Assembly: GCA_019429305.1 (NCBI GenBank)
Contig: JAHYIR010000003.1
Location: 100,293-164,292, forward strand
Length of the DNA stretch: 64,000 nt
Direction of reading: 5' to 3'
From: Candidatus Cloacimonadota bacterium
GTDB taxonomy: Bacteria; Cloacimonadota; Cloacimonadia; Cloacimonadales; JAJBBL01
Shown here: piece by piece, positions 18,588 through 28,565 of the stretch
Layout: each line of letters opens with the position of its first letter
Numbering within the stretch: position 1 is the stretch's first letter
The notes under the pieces: model-generated
What the model saw: only the letters and a program-made list of their open reading frames with translations
Databases searched by the model: none
Told to the model about the DNA's origin: nothing
Translations under genes and position numbers: made by a program

Positions 18588-21065
18588 ATGTTAAGTTTCG
18601 GGATCATGAAAACCGTAAATCGCCGAAGGGTTATCAAGTTAACTCATTGGTTTATAGTTTCAACGTTTATACTTTTAACTCTTATCGCTCTTTTAACAGG
18701 TTGTGGTAAACGAGGGTCATTGAATGTTATTAATCCACCAACTGTTTACATAACATCATATGAGGGTGTAGAATCAGACACACTAATAGCAGATCCCTAT
18801 TATTTTCAAAGGAGAATATACTGGCGCGGCGAATCGCAAGGTGGAGTAGTAGAAGGATATGCCTATAGAGTTTTAGACTTAGACAATCAGCCAGTCCACA
18901 TACCACAGAAATATATTGATGAAGAAGGATGGATCTACCATTATAAACCGGGAGCAGATCAATCTATACCGTTAACAGATCCTGAAGTTAGGACAATTTG
19001 GACAACAAAGGTTTATGATGTCATCAATTTCCCGGCAACAGATGGAACATATATTCCAGAAGAATACTATGATGAAGATGAAGACGAATACAAATTGCTG
19101 CCATCATTAGTCAGCATTTTTGAGATAAAGTGTATAGACAATTACGAACAAGAGAGCCAGATTAACAGAAGATTTTTTAACGTAACCTCAGATGTTCCCG
19201 ATATCGAGGTTATGTTTGCTGACCGGTTTAATCCTATCGCTTTAGCTGAACAAGAAACAGATACTCAAATTGAGAGATACAGAACAGTTGGTCTAGGATT
19301 TGATGTGGAGTTTCATTTTACTGAGAATACCCCATATACAACGAACATTCCTCAATATTTCATGTTTCGCATTGAAAAGAGGAACATTCAAACTGGAGAG
19401 CTAATCTCCCAAGTACCTTTACCGGGAGAAGGGGACAATGGTTGGTTTACCACAAGAGGTCAACGTAATGTCAGCAGAATATGGTTGGCTCTTGAAGATG
19501 ATGATCCAGCGGATTTTATTGGCAGGGACGATGTATTTTTTGCCTTGAATCCTGATCAGTTTACGAATCCTAATGATTATACAAGTACACCGATAACCGA
19601 AACCTTGATGATTATGAAAGCCGTGAATATGTCTAATGTACATTCAAGAGAGAGAACAGCTAAATTCAGGGTATATGAAAACTTTAGACCACAAGCAATA
19701 GTATATCGCAGAAGAACCAATGTGTTGGGTAGCAATCATTTTACAACTTTTCAGGATGCTTCTATTCTCAGACCACTACCGGAGGTAGAAACACCCGAAG
19801 GGACACAATTAGGAATGCCTTTCTTTGTTAACAGTGACTTAAATTTTACCGCTTTGCATAGTGATGATATTAGGATCTATCTGAGTTGGGGTTGGAGAGG
19901 TCAGTTTGAGGATAATGATCCAGATAAAGGTTTTATTAATGAAGTTCATCATCAAGGAACAAACACTGATTATCTGGCATCAGTAAAAGCTTTTGATATA
20001 CGATTAGATGGTGCTCCTTACTATTACCCACCCCTATGGGACCATCCTGAGTTTGAGACAAGATACAAGTATGTAGATGAAGATGGAACTGAATGGCTGA
20101 GAGTACCAAGATTTTATGATATAGATACGAGAGCGTTGTTAACAAATGTTGCGCCTGGAGATCATCTTTTTGAAGTCAGAGTACTTGATTCTCAAAACAG
20201 AACATCACAAATTGAAGAGCTAAATTTTGTCATTCAGGAGAGAATACCTCGTGATCAAAAATCGGGTATCTTGATTATAGATAACGAAAGTTTTCCAATT
20301 ATTGATGCTAATATTAACAGCTTTTATCAGCATTTAGTATCTGATTACTCAGGAACAGTTGATTTTATGAATCGTCGAGTTATCAGGGAAGCTACTCAAA
20401 GTTTAAATCTATTCCCGGCGCAAAGAAATATTATAGCACCACCAGACATTGAACCGTATAGATTTATTATCTGGCATTGTGATAATCCCACAGAAATAGG
20501 TCCCAACAGCTCCAATTTTCATGATGATTTTGATACCATCAATCTTTATATGAGAAATGGTGGTAATATCCTGATCAGTGCCGGTCAAAATCTAAAAATA
20601 ATGCATGAGCAAGCTCTTTATGGACAAGGATTTATCAACTTTAACTTCGAGAGATATTTTGGTATTCCCTATGAAGAAGTGGATGCCATAAGAAGACTTG
20701 GTAACCAGTATAATGTGAATCCTTATTTTGTTGGGGCTACTCCAGATTCTAATGCATCATTACCTCTCCCCGCACTTGATTTCGTTCCAGAGTTTAATCC
20801 CTTTGTAGTCGGTTTTGGTTTCGAGGGTTTAGGGCCAGTAGCTTATTTTGATTTTAACATAATTGAAGATACAAATGTCAAAACGATCTATAGAATGGTT
20901 GTCTCAGATGTTGAAGCAGCTTTACCATTTGCTAATCAACCTGTTGCTATCAGAAGATCAACTTCTCAGAACACGACATATATGTTTGGTTTTCCTTTAT
21001 CGCATATGGATCAGGATCAAGCTAAGGCGATGATGAATGTGATAATCAACGATTTAGGATTATAA
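18588..21065 (+). CDS. Large orphan lipoprotein (about 825 aa), function unknown
   Basis: ATG at 18588 lies 6 nt after AGGAGG (the ORF track start 18546 has no RBS). Lipobox LLTGC. I recognise no catalytic motif. Confidence 0.7.
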   Translation: MLSFGIMKTVNRRRVIKLTHWFIVSTFILLTLIALLTGCGKRGSLNVINPPTVYITSYEGVESDTLIADPYYFQRRIYWRGESQGGVVEGYAYRVLDLDNQPVHIPQKYIDEEGWIYHYKPGADQSIPLTDPEVRTIWTTKVYDVINFPATDGTYIPEEYYDEDEDEYKLLPSLVSIFEIKCIDNYEQESQINRRFFNVTSDVPDIEVMFADRFNPIALAEQETDTQIERYRTVGLGFDVEFHFTENTPYTTNIPQYFMFRIEKRNIQTGELISQVPLPGEGDNGWFTTRGQRNVSRIWLALEDDDPADFIGRDDVFFALNPDQFTNPNDYTSTPITETLMIMKAVNMSNVHSRERTAKFRVYENFRPQAIVYRRRTNVLGSNHFTTFQDASILRPLPEVETPEGTQLGMPFFVNSDLNFTALHSDDIRIYLSWGWRGQFEDNDPDKGFINEVHHQGTNTDYLASVKAFDIRLDGAPYYYPPLWDHPEFETRYKYVDEDGTEWLRVPRFYDIDTRALLTNVAPGDHLFEVRVLDSQNRTSQIEELNFVIQERIPRDQKSGILIIDNESFPIIDANINSFYQHLVSDYSGTVDFMNRRVIREATQSLNLFPAQRNIIAPPDIEPYRFIIWHCDNPTEIGPNSSNFHDDFDTINLYMRNGGNILISAGQNLKIMHEQALYGQGFINFNFERYFGIPYEEVDAIRRLGNQYNVNPYFVGATPDSNASLPLPALDFVPEFNPFVVGFGFEGLGPVAYFDFNIIEDTNVKTIYRMVVSDVEAALPFANQPVAIRRSTSQNTTYMFGFPLSHMDQDQAKAMMNVIINDLGL

Positions 21066-21091
21066 AAAGTATTTAGTGTGAAATATAATTT

Positions 21092-21125
21092 AAAGGAGGC
21101 GCTCTTATAAAAGTGCCTCCTTTTT
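21092..21125 (+). terminator. Rho-independent terminator
   Basis: AAAGGAGGC...GCCTCCTTT stem followed by a T-run. Confidence 0.8.
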
Positions 21126-21157
21126 ACTTAGTTAGAGTGATCGGATAAGTTAAACAG

Positions 21158-24100
21158 ATGTCAAAGATATATCTTTTAGATGGGACAGCACTTATTTATC
21201 GGGCTTACTTTGCCTTTATAAACAATCCCCTAAGGAATAGTAGCGGAGAAAATACGAGTGCGATTTTCGGGGTAGTAAATACTTTGTTAAAACTGATAAA
21301 TACTGAGAAACCTGAGAGAATTATAGTTTCTTTCGATTTGAAAGAACCGACATTCAGACATGAAATTACTGATACGTATAAAGCTAATCGACCACCGGCT
21401 CCCGAAGAACTAATATCTCAGATTGAACCGGTAAAAGATTTTTTCAAACTTTTAAGTATACCGGAGGTATCGATTCCCGGTTTTGAAGCGGATGATATCT
21501 TAGGAACTTTAGCAGAGCGTTTAAAAGATAGTTATGATATCGTGATCATTACCAGTGACAAAGATTTTGCCCAAATTGTTGATGATAAAGTAGCCCTATT
21601 TGATCCTTTTTCCGAGAAGATAGTCGATGCTGAACAAGTTAAAAAGAAGTATGGGATAACTCCCGAGCAATTTGCCGATTACCTTTCGATAATCGGAGAC
21701 AGCTCTGATAATATTCCCGGTGTGAGAGGCATTGGGCCGAAAGGTGCTACAACGCTATTACAACAGTTTAACACCCTAGATGATATTTATACTAATATTG
21801 AACAGATCTCTTCCGAATCATTAAGAAAAAAGTTACTGGATGGTAAAGAATCAGCTTATCTCTCTCGCAGATTAGCAAGAATAGTGACTGATGTACCAAT
21901 AGAAGCCGAAACAGGGTTAGAATTGAGAAAGCTCATAGAGGGATCGAAATTTAATGAAGATATCCTACAAAAAACAATTCCTTACTTGCAAAGATATGAA
22001 CTGAATTCGATTCTCAATAAGCTTAATCAATCAATATCCCTAACTACTGATAATTCAACAGCTTCTGAGAAACAGAGTGAGACAACTAATGCCGAACTAG
22101 AACATAATACTCTCTCAGATGAACTGTCCTTTCCCTGGGAAAAAGAAGAATCTGTAACCGTGGATCGGAAGTTATCAACGTCAGTTAAGACAGATGAGAG
22201 TGTTCAGGGCAACGATGTTGTTCAATTATCTTTTGATTTTTACAGTGATAGCAAAAAACCGGAATTTATACCTCATCTGATTGAAAAAGAGAATGATCTC
22301 AAGGAGCTACTTGATAAGTTACAGAAAAAACCGATCATAGCTGTTGCAATAGTACCTTCGACAAGGAGAGGCGGTTCCTATAATCACATTTTTTCACTTG
22401 ATAGTAACTCTTCGAATGGTAATGATATAGATTCTGATTATCTTGCAGGTATCTCCATTTGTGTAGAGAATGAACATGCTTATTATATCGATTTAACAAA
22501 ATCTATGTTCTCTTATTCAAAGTCAACAGCTTCCCAAGATAGATCCAGTTTTGAATACATACCGAATCTCTTAACCGAGATATTCAGTTATATTAATAAA
22601 GAAGCTATCATAGTGGGGCATAATATCAAACACGAATATCTGATATTAGAGAGTTTGGGTATTACCTTAAGAGAACCGTTATTTGATACGATGATTGCTT
22701 CTTATCTCTTAGATTCAGCTTTAGCTAAGCATAATCTCATCGATTGTGCCCGAAGAGAGTTACATCTGGAATTGCAACCGATGGAAGATATACTGGGTAC
22801 TGGCAAGAAAAAACAGGATATCAAAGATCTGGATATTAAGATAGTTGCTGAACTGGCAAATGAAGATGCTAATTCGATCTTTCGTCTCTTTGAAAAGTAC
22901 AAGCACAGATTAGCAGATAATAAGCTGGAATACCTATTTAATAACATCGAAATGCCACTTCTCACTGTTCTTGCTACAATGGAAAGAAACGGAGTCTACA
23001 TTGATTGTGATGTCTTACAGGATATCAATCAGGAGATAAGTAAAGAGATCGATAAGCTGACAGAATCCATCTATAAGCTTGCCGGCAAAGAATTCAATAT
23101 TAATTCCACCCAGCAACTGAGCAAAGTTATGTTTGATGATCTGCAAATTCCCCCTGTTAAGCGAACAAAAACAGGTTATTCAACCGATAACTATGTACTG
23201 GAAGTATTAGCAGAGGATTTTGAAATTGCCCAGTTCCTGATAGATTTTCGACAATTGACGAAATTAAGGTCAACCTATGTTGAATCATTACCCCAATTAG
23301 TTGATAAGAAGACGGGCAGAATTCATTCTTCATTTAATCAGACGATCACAACTACCGGACGATTATCTTCATCGAATCCCAATCTGCAGAACATTCCAAT
23401 CAGGAGTAAAGCCGGTAAAGAGATCAGAAAAGCTTTTACTGTCGATGATGACGAGTATTTGATTCTTTCTGCAGACTATTCACAGATAGAATTGCGAATT
23501 TTAGGTATCCTTTCTAAAGACAGGAATCTCATAACTGCCTTTAATCACGATCAAGACATTCATGCCCAAACTGCCGGTCTCATCTTAAACAAACCGATAA
23601 CCATGATAACCCAAGATGAAAGACGGATGGCGAAAGCGATTAACTTCGGAATAATTTACGGTATGGGTGCAAACAAGTTGTCTAGAGAGACCAATATTAG
23701 TCTCAATGATGCCAAAGAGTTTATTGAATCCTATTTTACGAAGTTTTCCAGAGTTAAAGAATACATCCAGCAGCAAAAGTATAAAGCCCGATCTTATGGC
23801 TATGCCGAGACTATCATGGGAAGAAGGTTATCTATTCCCAATATCCATAGTTCAAATCAAAGATTACAGAGTGAAGCAGAACGCATTGCCGTTAATATGC
23901 CGATACAGGGTAGTGCTGCCGATATAATGAAAATGGCTATGATCAAACTCGCCAAGGAGTTCGAAAAAATTAACAAAGAAGTTGAGAAACCGCTGGTTAG
24001 AATGATTATTCAGGTACATGACGAACTTGTCTTTGAGGTTCACAATAAAGAACTGGGAAAAATACGGCAGATAGTTATCAGAGAAATGAAGAATGCCTTA

Positions 24101-24178
24101 CCGGAGAAATACCGCATTATTATTCCCTTAGCTATTGATACAGGTGCTGGTTCAAACTGGTTTGAAGCACATTCGTAA
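21158..24178 (+). CDS. polA: DNA polymerase I
   Basis: 5' nuclease N-terminus. Pol motifs DYSQIELRIL (A), RRMAKAINFGIIYG (B), QVHDELVFE (C). Confidence 0.95.
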   Translation: MSKIYLLDGTALIYRAYFAFINNPLRNSSGENTSAIFGVVNTLLKLINTEKPERIIVSFDLKEPTFRHEITDTYKANRPPAPEELISQIEPVKDFFKLLSIPEVSIPGFEADDILGTLAERLKDSYDIVIITSDKDFAQIVDDKVALFDPFSEKIVDAEQVKKKYGITPEQFADYLSIIGDSSDNIPGVRGIGPKGATTLLQQFNTLDDIYTNIEQISSESLRKKLLDGKESAYLSRRLARIVTDVPIEAETGLELRKLIEGSKFNEDILQKTIPYLQRYELNSILNKLNQSISLTTDNSTASEKQSETTNAELEHNTLSDELSFPWEKEESVTVDRKLSTSVKTDESVQGNDVVQLSFDFYSDSKKPEFIPHLIEKENDLKELLDKLQKKPIIAVAIVPSTRRGGSYNHIFSLDSNSSNGNDIDSDYLAGISICVENEHAYYIDLTKSMFSYSKSTASQDRSSFEYIPNLLTEIFSYINKEAIIVGHNIKHEYLILESLGITLREPLFDTMIASYLLDSALAKHNLIDCARRELHLELQPMEDILGTGKKKQDIKDLDIKIVAELANEDANSIFRLFEKYKHRLADNKLEYLFNNIEMPLLTVLATMERNGVYIDCDVLQDINQEISKEIDKLTESIYKLAGKEFNINSTQQLSKVMFDDLQIPPVKRTKTGYSTDNYVLEVLAEDFEIAQFLIDFRQLTKLRSTYVESLPQLVDKKTGRIHSSFNQTITTTGRLSSSNPNLQNIPIRSKAGKEIRKAFTVDDDEYLILSADYSQIELRILGILSKDRNLITAFNHDQDIHAQTAGLILNKPITMITQDERRMAKAINFGIIYGMGANKLSRETNISLNDAKEFIESYFTKFSRVKEYIQQQKYKARSYGYAETIMGRRLSIPNIHSSNQRLQSEAERIAVNMPIQGSAADIMKMAMIKLAKEFEKINKEVEKPLVRMIIQVHDELVFEVHNKELGKIRQIVIREMKNALPEKYRIIIPLAIDTGAGSNWFEAHS

Positions 24179-24185
24179 GAATTAA

Positions 24186-25469
24186 CTAAAGATTCTCAAG
24201 GTTTTTTATTTCAATTCTCTTCGGTAGTGTACAAGAGAATATTACTGCTAATAGAAAAGAGAAGAGCGAAAAATAGATCGAATACCGATAAACACCGGAA
24301 ATATCTTTTAATAAGCCACCAATAAAAGTGCCTGTAAAAGGACCTATACCCATAACGATCAAAGTTGCTAATCCCCATATTTTCCCGAGATTACGAGTTC
24401 CATAGATCGCTCCTGTATACCCGATCACTCCTCCCGGGATCACTGCCCAATAGATAGCGAAAAATAAGCATGCAAAATAGATCAACCAGAGAGAGTTTCC
24501 GGTATAGAGTAAGAGCAAACAGGCAAGAAGTCCGACAACAGTACCGATCGTCAACATCATCTTTCTTCCTTCCGATTCTCTTTTACTTTTTTTAACCAGT
24601 TGATCTGCCAGAATACCCATTATTGGCATTGTAAAGATCCCAAGTAAACCGATAAGTGAATAAGTTCTAATTGCCTGTGATCTTGGCAAGAGTAAATCTC
24701 CGGTCCAATAGCTGACGATTTGAGTCCATATTAAGAATTCTGCCATCATACTAAAGAGAAAAGTGAGAATAACACCCCAGATAGCATAGTAACTATAACT
24801 TTTTCGCAGTGTAAAAGATGCTGTCATTGTTTTCTCTTCTGATTGCTCATGATATCCGACCGGTTTGTATCCATAATCTTCCGGATTTCTTTTTGCCAAT
24901 AAAACAGCCAGTAGCATTGCTGTAAGCATTAGGTATGATAAATAGCGCATCGCTAAACGCCAGTCTTCTGTACCTGAATAATCCATGAGAATACGGGTAA
25001 GATTAGTTAATAAAAGCTGAGATAGAGGGGCTCCCATAAAGACAAGACCCCACATAGTACCATATGTTTTCCCAATAAACCATTTTCGCACAGATACTGT
25101 AGATGTAACCCATAACATTCCAGTCGCTATTCCGCCTAATAATCCAAATGTAAAGAGATAAAGATAAAAATTGCTCATGTAACTGGTCAGGAAGAAACCG
25201 AGAAAAGAGAAAATGGCTGCAACAATGTAAGCCGGTCTGGTTCCCCATTTATCAAGCAATAGACCACTAATAAATGCAGTTACTGCATAAAATAGCATCA
25301 TCAATGAATAACCAAGACTGATCTCTGCCTGGCTCCAACCAAGTTGAGAACTCATCGGATCTTTCAAGAGAGCAAAAGTTGCCCGATATCCAAATAAACA
25401 AAATACTGCCAACCATGAAGTTATGATTACCATACTACCATACCAATTCTGCTTAACACTCGATTTCAT
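24186..25469 (-). CDS. MFS transporter (oxalate/formate antiporter-like)
   Basis: About 12 TM helices. LDKWGTRP loop motif between TM2 and TM3. Confidence 0.8.
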   Translation of the reverse strand: MKSSVKQNWYGSMVIITSWLAVFCLFGYRATFALLKDPMSSQLGWSQAEISLGYSLMMLFYAVTAFISGLLLDKWGTRPAYIVAAIFSFLGFFLTSYMSNFYLYLFTFGLLGGIATGMLWVTSTVSVRKWFIGKTYGTMWGLVFMGAPLSQLLLTNLTRILMDYSGTEDWRLAMRYLSYLMLTAMLLAVLLAKRNPEDYGYKPVGYHEQSEEKTMTASFTLRKSYSYYAIWGVILTFLFSMMAEFLIWTQIVSYWTGDLLLPRSQAIRTYSLIGLLGIFTMPIMGILADQLVKKSKRESEGRKMMLTIGTVVGLLACLLLLYTGNSLWLIYFACLFFAIYWAVIPGGVIGYTGAIYGTRNLGKIWGLATLIVMGIGPFTGTFIGGLLKDISGVYRYSIYFSLFSFLLAVIFSCTLPKRIEIKNLENL

Positions 25470-25570
25470 TGCTTTGATCCCTTAAAATTTTTTAAGACAA
25501 GTATCTTTTTTTGAATCTGTCCTCATTCTGGCAACTCTTTTTCACGTGCTGATATAATTGCATATATATA

Positions 25571-25604
25571 ACTTCTTATATGATAAGAAGTAATGACCAA
25601 TCAA
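25571..25604 (-). promoter_or_regulatory. Candidate promoter/operator of the MFS gene
   Basis: Minus-sense TTGATT-N18-TATAAG. The -10 lies inside the perfect palindrome ACTTCTTAT-atg-ATAAGAAGT (25571-25591). Confidence 0.3.
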
Positions 25605-25670
25605 TGTCATCCCACATTGAACAAAAGAAAAATATTCCATATTTATTTTTAACTATCATATTCTAATAGG

Positions 25671-25718
25671 GAGTCCACGAGTCGGCTAGCGCCGACTCGT
25701 AGGGCTCCTAAGGTTAAA
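25671..25718. repeat. Dispersed palindromic element, copy 1
   Basis: ACGAGTCGGC-tagc-GCCGACTCGT followed by CTCCTAAGGTTAAA. A second copy lies at 61403-61452. Confidence 0.8.
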
Positions 25719-25806
25719 GAAGTTTTTCCCGAGTCGAAAAGAGATTTTTTCATTGACTAAAATATAGGAACATCGAGTGATAACATACAATTCCAGTATG
25801 TTTTGA

Positions 25807-25835
25807 TTGACTTAATAAGCTTTCTGGAATATTTA
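25807..25835 (+). promoter_or_regulatory. Candidate promoter of the 25908 gene
   Basis: TTGACT-N17-TATTTA. Confidence 0.3.
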
Positions 25836-25907
25836 GTAATAATATTAATGGTATAAGAGTTATAGTAAGAGGAAACAGCTAATTTAAGTTATTTTTTAGA
25901 GGAAGGT

Positions 25908-26966
25908 ATGTATAATTTTAAGACTCTCATTTTAGGAACAGATCCAGAAAAGTTAGCTTCGGTAGGTGAATACTTAAGTGAAACTTATCAAGATGAAGTA
26001 TTTATGACGGCAATTAGAATTGAGTTAGAGGAATATCTTTCACAACAAAAGCCGGATATCCTGTTAGTTGATATCTCCAGTCAGATGAATGCGAGTGAAA
26101 AGAAAAATATTCTTGAATCGGTGAAGATGATCAAGGCACAGTGCCCGGAGTGTGTGATATTGGCGTTTGGCGGGAAAAAGACGACGATCAAGGATAAGGA
26201 CTTTCAAGAAGCAGTAAATATCTTTTCCGGTAAATTACTTACCAAAATTACCAAAGATTATGAGAGCTTGAGGAGTTTGGCTATAGTTAAAGGTAATAAG
26301 ATGATCGGTATTTTAACGGTTTTCTTTGCACCATATCTGACCGGTAATTATGAAATACCCGGTTTTGATAGATTATTGGCAGAAACCCACAGTCGAGAGG
26401 AGAATCTGGAAGTAATCGAACAGTTAGAGACAAACTTTGGATTATTTAGCCCACTATTACAGGAGAACAACAGAGAACTCATTGAGTCGGCATTGTCAAT
26501 CTACCGTGAAAGGAACCTTAAACCGGAAGAGATTGAAAAAATTCAAGAAGCATTTTTCTTTCAATTTACGACCCTGACAGCAATGGAGAATTTTATCGAC
26601 CGAAGACGCTATTATGCGGAAAAGCAGGTTATTGAAGATGTCTGGGAATCTACGATAAGTTTTGCCAGGGAAATTGAAAACAGCATAATATTTGGATGTC
26701 ATAAACTGGGTGATGTGATACATTTGAAAATAACCGTCCCAACCACATTCGAACTAAAGAAGCTAACTCCACGCAGTAAGTTCTATAAAACAATAGAGTC
26801 GATTGAGCCCTATGGAGTTATGATAATCAGAAGTGGAGATCAGACACTCTGTATCGGTTGTAATGAACAGAATGAAGAGATAGAATCGGTAGAAGGAACT
26901 GTTTTTTTAATCCGCATCAAAGTAGTAGTGCCCACTAGAGGCAGAAGAGGATTAAAGAGACTTTGA
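25908..26966 (+). CDS. Hypothetical protein with receiver (REC)-like N-terminal domain
   Basis: N-terminal about 120 aa has a CheY-like pattern (LILGTD..., PDILLVDIS). I cannot assign the C-terminal 230 aa. Confidence 0.55.
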   Translation: MYNFKTLILGTDPEKLASVGEYLSETYQDEVFMTAIRIELEEYLSQQKPDILLVDISSQMNASEKKNILESVKMIKAQCPECVILAFGGKKTTIKDKDFQEAVNIFSGKLLTKITKDYESLRSLAIVKGNKMIGILTVFFAPYLTGNYEIPGFDRLLAETHSREENLEVIEQLETNFGLFSPLLQENNRELIESALSIYRERNLKPEEIEKIQEAFFFQFTTLTAMENFIDRRRYYAEKQVIEDVWESTISFAREIENSIIFGCHKLGDVIHLKITVPTTFELKKLTPRSKFYKTIESIEPYGVMIIRSGDQTLCIGCNEQNEEIESVEGTVFLIRIKVVVPTRGRRGLKRL

Positions 26967-27026
26967 TTCTTCCAGCATCTATAACGAGAAAAAATATAAG
27001 AAGCTCTTATCTTTCAAAGGTGCGTA

Positions 27027-28565
27027 ATGAATAAAGAGACCGTATTAATATTGGACTTTGGCTCTCAATATACACAATTGATAGCGAAATCGACGAGGAA
27101 ATTAGGTGTCTATTCAGAGATAGTACCTTACAATACGACACTGGAAGAGATCAAAAAAACTGCACCTAAAGCACTTATACTTTCAGGAAGTCCTTATAGT
27201 GTCAATCAAAGCAATGCCCCCTTTCCCGACAAAGGAATACTCGATATGGGTATCCCTATCTTGGGTATCTGTTACGGCATGCAATTACTTTCTCAATGGT
27301 TTGGTGGCGTAGTAGTCAAATCTACTAAGAAAGAGTATGGTTTTGCTACTATTAAAATCAACAGTTCAAGCCCGCTTTTCACTGGTCTTGATGGAATAGA
27401 GAAAGTATGGATGAGTCATGGAGATTCTTTAACAGAACCACCAATAAATTTTGAAGTCATAGCTCAAAGTGAAAATTCCCCTTATGCTGCGATCCATCAT
27501 ACATCTAAACCGTTCTATGCAATCCAGTTTCATCCGGAAGTTACTCATACTTTTAATGGATTAAAGATATTAGACAATTTCTTGAAAAAAATCTCTGGCT
27601 TCAAAGGGGATTGGACTCCCGTATCTTTTATCACTAACAGTGTAGCAGAATTGCAGCAACTAATAGGAGACGATAGAGTTTTGCTTGCATTAAGTGGAGG
27701 TGTAGATTCTTCAGTTACTGCGGCATTGCTCGATAAGGCAATAGGAGATCGTTTAACGGCAGTATTTGTCGATACCGGATTATTGCGAAAAGCAGAAGCC
27801 GAAGAAGTACAAGAGATATTTAGTGAACACTGGCATTTGAACTTAATAACTATCGATGCTAAAGAGTTATTCTATGAAAGATTAAAAGGGGTCGCTGACC
27901 CTGAAGAGAAGCGCAAGATTATCGGTAAAACCTTCATTGAGGTTTTCGAAACAGAAGCAGAAAAACATCAGGAGATAAAGTATCTTGCACAAGGAACTCT
28001 CTACCCGGATGTCATTGAGAGTGTTTCCTTTAAAGGTCCTTCAGCTACCATTAAATCGCATCATAATGTGGGTGGACTTCCCAAAAAGATGAAATTACGT
28101 GTTGTCGAGCCACTCAGGGAATTGTTTAAGGATGAAGTTCGATTGGTAGGCAAGGAGTTAGGATTACCAGACTCCATTCTGCAAAGGCACCCATTTCCCG
28201 GTCCTGGATTAGCAGTCAGAATACCTGGAGACATTACACCCCAAAAAGTCAGCATATTGCAAGAAATTGATTACATCTTCATTGAAGAACTGAAAAAAAA
28301 CGGGCTCTATCATGAAGTATGGCAGGCGTTTGCGGTGTTGTTGCCAGTTCAGTCGGTCGGAGTGATGGGAGATGAAAGAACCTATGAATATGTTTGCTCA
28401 TTACGTGCTGTATGCAGCAGCGATGGCATGACAGCAGACTGGGCAGAATTACCGGCAACTTTTCTGAAAAGAGTATCCAATAGAATCATTAACGAAGTAA
28501 CAGGGGTTAACAGAGTGCTGTATGATATCAGTTCTAAACCACCGTCAACTATCGAATGGGAATAA
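27027..28565 (+). CDS. guaA: GMP synthase (glutamine-hydrolysing)
   Basis: GATase domain (GICYGMQ, HPE). ATP-PPase motif SGGVDSSV. C-terminal ...PPSTIEWE. Confidence 0.95.
   Translation: MNKETVLILDFGSQYTQLIAKSTRKLGVYSEIVPYNTTLEEIKKTAPKALILSGSPYSVNQSNAPFPDKGILDMGIPILGICYGMQLLSQWFGGVVVKSTKKEYGFATIKINSSSPLFTGLDGIEKVWMSHGDSLTEPPINFEVIAQSENSPYAAIHHTSKPFYAIQFHPEVTHTFNGLKILDNFLKKISGFKGDWTPVSFITNSVAELQQLIGDDRVLLALSGGVDSSVTAALLDKAIGDRLTAVFVDTGLLRKAEAEEVQEIFSEHWHLNLITIDAKELFYERLKGVADPEEKRKIIGKTFIEVFETEAEKHQEIKYLAQGTLYPDVIESVSFKGPSATIKSHHNVGGLPKKMKLRVVEPLRELFKDEVRLVGKELGLPDSILQRHPFPGPGLAVRIPGDITPQKVSILQEIDYIFIEELKKNGLYHEVWQAFAVLLPVQSVGVMGDERTYEYVCSLRAVCSSDGMTADWAELPATFLKRVSNRIINEVTGVNRVLYDISSKPPSTIEWE

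Noticed and set aside
24176-24188. Convergent polA and MFS genes separated by only 7 nt, without a terminator
   Set aside because: This is unusual-looking but common in compact genomes. No structure is present to interpret.
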